Shown here: piece by piece, positions 58,947-64,000 of the stretch
Numbering within the stretch: position 1 is the first letter of the stretch
Layout: the number at the start of each line of letters is the position of its first letter
Assembly: GCA_000708835.1 (NCBI GenBank)
Contig: DF237121.1
Location: 1-64,000, forward strand
Source: Klebsormidium nitens
Lineage: Eukaryota; Plantae; Klebsormidiophyceae
Reading direction: 5' to 3'
DNA length: 64,000 nt
Notes under the pieces: generated by a model
Databases searched by the model: none
Told to the model about the DNA's origin: nothing
The model's input: the letters and a program-made list of their open reading frames with translations, nothing else
Program-made: the position numbers and the translations under genes

Positions 58947-59662
58947 NNNNNNNNNNNNNNNNNNNNNNNNNNNNNNNNNNNNNNNNNNNNNNNNNNNNNN
59001 NNNNNNNNNNNNNNNNNNNNNNNNNNNNNNNNNNNNNNNNNNNNNNNNNNNNNNNNNNNNNNNNNNNNNNNNNNNNNNNNNNNNNNNNNNNNNNNNNNNN
59101 NNNNNNNNNNNNNNNNNNNNNNNNNNNNNNNNNNNNNNNNNNNNNNNNNNNNNNNNNNNNNNNNNNNNNNNNNNNNNNNNNNNNNNNNNNNNNNNNNNNN
59201 NNNNNNNNNNNNNNNNNNNNNNNNNNNNNNNNNNNNNNNNNNNNNNNNNNNNNNNNNNNNNNNNNNNNNNNNNNNNNNNNNNNNNNNNNNNNNNNNNNNN
59301 NNNNNNNNNNNNNNNNNNNNNNNNNNNNNNNNNNNNNNNNNNNNNNNNNNNNNNNNNNNNNNNNNNNNNNNNNNNNNNNNNNNNNNNNNNNNNNNNNNNN
59401 NNNNNNNNNNNNNNNNNNNNNNNNNNNNNNNNNNNNNNNNNNNNNNNNNNNNNNNNNNNNNNNNNNNNNNNNNNNNNNNNNNNNNNNNNNNNNNNNNNNN
59501 NNNNNNNNNNNNNNNNNNNNNNNNNNNNNNNNNNNNNNNNNNNNNNNNNNNNNNNNNNNNNNNNNNNNNNNNNNNNNNNNNNNNNNNNNNNNNNNNNNNN
59601 NNNNNNNNNNNNNNNNNNNNNNNNNNNNNNNNNNNNNNNNNNNNNNNNNNNNNNNNNNNNNN
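58947..59662. other. assembly gap (N run)
   Basis: 716 N. Confidence 0.95.
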
Positions 59663-62600
59663 ATGAGAGAACCGGGGCTCGCCAAGTTCGGTTATAGGCG
59701 TTTTAGGGCGCCCTAAAACCCCAAAAAAGACCCTCTTCGATGGGGAACGGGCGCGGCGGCAATGGGCATGCAGTGGGCATGATGTGGTGGTGACATCGGA
59801 CTGCAGTGACGGGTCACGACCTGTGAAGGGTTTTACGGTTTACCTAAAAGGTTTGTGATCGAATCAAGGTTGATAAAACGCACATTGGTTAGGGCCTCCG
59901 AGGCACCGAGGGGCCGGTAGTAGGAGTGTGTAACCGGTTCTCCTACCTCAGTCTAGCTAGCTAGCCCTAATAAGGTGGACAGTGGAGTGACTGTGACTCT
60001 GGCTGGAGCAGTGATGCGCAACCCCCTAAAATTCGTAGCGCACAAAAGTGGGCGGCTAGCCAGTGTGCGGCTAGCCAACAAAAGTGCCGCCCACTTTTGC
60101 TGGGGTAATCCCAAAATAGCGGTTCGGGGACGTGACAATAAGGGGGAAAAAACCGTGTTACTGGTCTTAACCTCCCTAGGTTAAGAAGGATGCGCTACAG
60201 TCCGAGAGGTGAGATGAACCTCACGCGCATTCTAAAGCACTCCGGCATTTGAGCAACGGGACTTTAAAACATCCCGTATATTTTCTCAACCATATTGATT
60301 CATAAGGTAGGTAGACGAACATTGGAGCAGCACATAAGCAGGGGCTTGAAGCATGGTGCCCAGCTTGCTTATGAGGGGACGGAAACATCATAAGGCCTGA
60401 CTCAAGCTGGCTAGTTTGGTACCCGGTAGATCGACATCGACCCCTATCCAGAGTAAAAGACAAACTGCCGGGCAGAATTTTAGGCATAAGCGCACACCAT
60501 GTGCGGCTATGGGCCATGGCCTTGGACCTGCCGCACAAAAGTGGGCGGCTGGCCGCACAAATCCGGAGAACTGCCGCACTTTGTAAGTGGTGAGTGTGCG
60601 GCGTGCGCATCCCTGGGCAGGTAGATCGCCCCATTTTGGAACACCAGGCAAATGTGCTCTCAGAAGTTCGGCACCGTCGGATATTTCGGCGCGACGGAAG
60701 GCCGTAGATTGACTAATTCCGTGCGCGCGCTGGGACAAGTTGGCGGCCGCGCGGCGTCCGACAGCGGCCGGTCACCGTGTTGCGCTCAGACCGTGCCTCG
60801 GGAGTGCTCAGCCCGGGGCCGCTACGGAACAAGGCGCCCCTATGAATGTTCAAAGAATCTTTGAAAGAATGCAGCTGGAGCTTTTCCATTCCATTTACAG
60901 CATGCTGGCATTATGCAGGCTACCATCTATCCAGACATTCAAAATGCAGTACCTATCTCCTACCGTAAACAATCCACTGCACTCATCACGATTTGAGTGA
61001 CCAGACTAAGAAAGTATAGCCTGCAAAAGGCTTTCATATGGTCTTCGATGAGTGTCTGGCACACTGATGTCTGGAGTGTTATAGGAGACGATGCACAACA
61101 TCATTTAAATGGAAAAGCCCCGATGATGTTCTGATGTTGGATAAAAGCGTCAACAAATTATCAAAACTCACATCCTATATACACAATATGTTCATCAACA
61201 CAACTATACAAGAGCCCGAGTCCAATGCACTTGTGATCTTGTGCTGTTTATACATCTGATACTTTACAGCAATGCTAGTGCTTTGCAACAGCGCATCCGA
61301 CTGCCATGCGTTGACTTCAGGATGCTTAGAGATAAGACACGGCCCTCTAACAGGGGCCTGACAGACTCATGGGCTGAGCCTACTTGCTGATTCTCGGGCC
61401 AAGACGACGTTGCAAGCTTGGAATCAATCTGCAAAATGGTGCGTCCTTTTGAATATGATAATATGATATTGCAGACGGGCGTAATGCTTGTTTTTTGATA
61501 AAAGCTAAATCAAGGTTGAGCAAGAACTTTGGGACACATTGTAGGTGTTGGAAAAGGTGGGAGCGTGAGAAGCACAGCAACATATCCGCCCGTTAATAGA
61601 TGGGGAGAAAGATAACTTCATCGTGCTGCAAACATCACCCAACGAACAGATATTTCAACATATCTCTACAATCATGGCCAGGAACATCAGCGAATCCAAA
61701 CAGCATTCACAATATAGATACCACCAAGTGCACCGCACGACTGCCTTTTTACCATTTAGAGTTGATTTTTCAAGATGGGGCACCATTCAGCCATTCCTTC
61801 CAATCTGTGACCATCGTTTAATCAGAGAGCTCACCCTTCAGACAGCAAAAAAGGTGCATAAGGCGGGCGCGATCGAGCTCAGGGGCCTGGCCACTGCGTG
61901 TGCCGCACTGTCTGGACCTGTTCAAACATGGAAGGGAAAGCGTCAGATCGTTGATGCCAAGGAAAACCCTGTCCAGAAGAGAGAAGTAAAAGCAGAACCA
62001 CTCGGCCGGTGCCTTTCACGGCGCTGAGATTGAAGCAACAAAGAAAAGTGGGTTGTCAGCGGATATCGACTACAGCGCATCGTCAGGACATTTGTAAGAC
62101 CTCGCAGACGCAATCAACCAGCAACATGACAAAGTTGCAGCTTCCAACGTTGCAGGAAATCCAGCTCGCAAAGCGTACTGGAATAACGTTGCTTTCAGCG
62201 GCCTGACATTTATTGGCAATTGATGCTAACAACCCTTGCACCAAGCGGCAACACCAACATACTCCACGGCTGCCTTGCAATCAAGGAAGCTTAGAGCGCC
62301 CAAGAAGCTGTGACGTAGATGGACGACCAGATTAGTGAGTGCCCAAGACCCAAAGCGCAACCAGGCCAGATATGCTGCAAGTCGCCATTCCGCATCGACA
62401 GTATCTTGGAATGAGACAAACTGACTTGGACCAGTCTGATCAGTCTGTTGAAACACCTTTTCTTGCAGCCCCATGGTCTGTTGCATAAGACAAGTGGTGC
62501 TGACAAAATCTTCAATGGCACTGAAGGTCAATGGCACTGTCTTCTGCAAGCTTCATGTCAACAATGAATACTGCTGCTGAAGCACCATATATGGGATTAG

Positions 62601-64000
62601 CTGCTGTCAAGGGACCGACAGGAGAAAATACCGGTAGTAGCTTCAATGCAGGCACTTTCTTGCTCAGTGGCTGATACTGCATTGGCATTTTTGTCTGGCA
62701 TGTTGTCCAAATACAGAGTACTGCATTGAACCATCTAACCATTTTACAAGCGCAGAAGACCGCATCCGTTAGGAGTTGTCACCGCTGCCATGATTTTGCA
62801 CTGCAACATCAGGGTTACTAGAATCATTGGACATTGGATAGCTCACCTGATGGTTGCTTTGCCAACCTGCTGGTATATGCAAAGAAGTGTGCCAACTGTC
62901 GCATTGCTCCTAGCCTCTCGGCTGGTCCCCCCCCCGTTCCCCCCGCGTCACCTGAAACCATGTATGCACTTAAACCATGTGGCCATGACGCTCAGCACCA
63001 GCTGTAAGGCAGTATAATGCAGGAACAAATCTGCTGGGCTGCATATGACTGTTTACGCCTGCCCTATCTCAAGGGGCGTAAGGTGTGCCCCTACCCTGGC
63101 CACCTATAACTTTGTGTGGACAGGGCCGCCTGGCCCCCAGAAGCAGTCAACAGATCGGGATGAGTTTACTCTACAACTTCCTCACTTACAAGACCGCCAT
63201 TGGCCGCGCCTATCTCCAGCTCCGCTTCAGCAACTGACAAGGGGCATGGTTGTCTCTTGGAAGAAAGCGCCATGTCCCGCAGTCTGCGGCGTTAGGAGCC
63301 AGCCGGAACCAATGAGAGTCGCGTATGGGTGTGGTCAACGTTGACCTAACCAAACTTTTGCGAGAGCCAGTCCGAACTTCAGAACGGAAACGACAAAATG
63401 TGGCGATCTACCTGTGGGCTGGACTGGGCTGGAGCCTGGAGCCTGCTGCAGTGCTGCAGGGAACCGTTCTGCGAATCGCAGAGCATCAATTCCTGATATG
63501 GTCACAAATGATATCACCGATCAATGATGACCTCAGTAGTACGGACTCTGGCGTACGGAGGCCGCTTCGACACGGGTCACTCTGTGAAGTCTCTTTGGGT
63601 GCAGATTTCAACCACTTGGTCGCATACTTTGCGGAAAGCCGATTGACATTCGTTTTGGCGCTTCGGATGGACACGCGTCAGCTTGAGAAGTGCGGTTTTG
63701 AAAGATACTAAACGACCCAAGCTCGTTTCGGCTGCCGCGAGCCGCGGCGACCGTCGACCTCCGCCGGATGTCGTACGAAAGTAAATGTTGGCATTATTGT
63801 TGCGGCTAATAGTTCGGGTCAGAACGTGCGCACGTCAACGTTCGAGTCGGGGAAGGGGAAGCGACTGAGATTCTCTTTAGACTAGGCGCCCATGAGTAGA
63901 CTGAAGTCATTCTTTTCTGTCCAGGTGCCTTTGCTTTGACACCAAGAACTCGGCGCTTCGGCTTTCACCTTCTCAACACCAGATGTTTCATACCAGAGTG

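Noticed and set aside
61380-62750. Reverse-transcriptase or transposase remnants in the last 3 kb
   Set aside because: There is only vague resemblance in short stop-riddled frames, with no diagnostic YxDD or DDE motif I can support.

Overview
Eukaryotic nuclear DNA with GT-AG spliceosomal introns and plant/green-algal-type genes. The overall style suggests a streptophyte alga such as Klebsormidium, which is an inference only. There are two N gaps (1285-1952, 58947-59662). I could splice six complete genes by hand with consistent reading frames: a PIN-LIKES/auxin-efflux-carrier family transporter with a long organellar-type N-terminal extension (-, 5717-13452), a CBSX3-like CBS-pair protein (+, 14425-18089), an expansin-like protein (+, 31087-33471), a PPR-like helical-repeat protein (-, 35791-42695), acireductone dioxygenase (-, 44291-49353) and a Yip1-family protein (+, 50431-55906). 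Intergenic DNA holds MITEs of three superfamily types (Harbinger-like, Tc1/mariner-like, hAT-like), a four-copy TIR element, a minisatellite and degraded coding remnants. The most striking signal is that the long introns of five of the six genes are largely built from serial, roughly nucleosome-sized (mostly 115-190 bp) tandem duplications centred on splice junctions. I count about 45 degenerate copies at 12 junctions. Copies of acceptor plus exon start are stacked upstream of exons, and copies of exon end plus donor are stacked downstream. Many retain AG/GT. The best-preserved copies differ from the working exon mainly at synonymous sites and sometimes keep family-consensus residues that the working exon lacks. 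All coordinates and counts were made by eye, without alignment or database tools.
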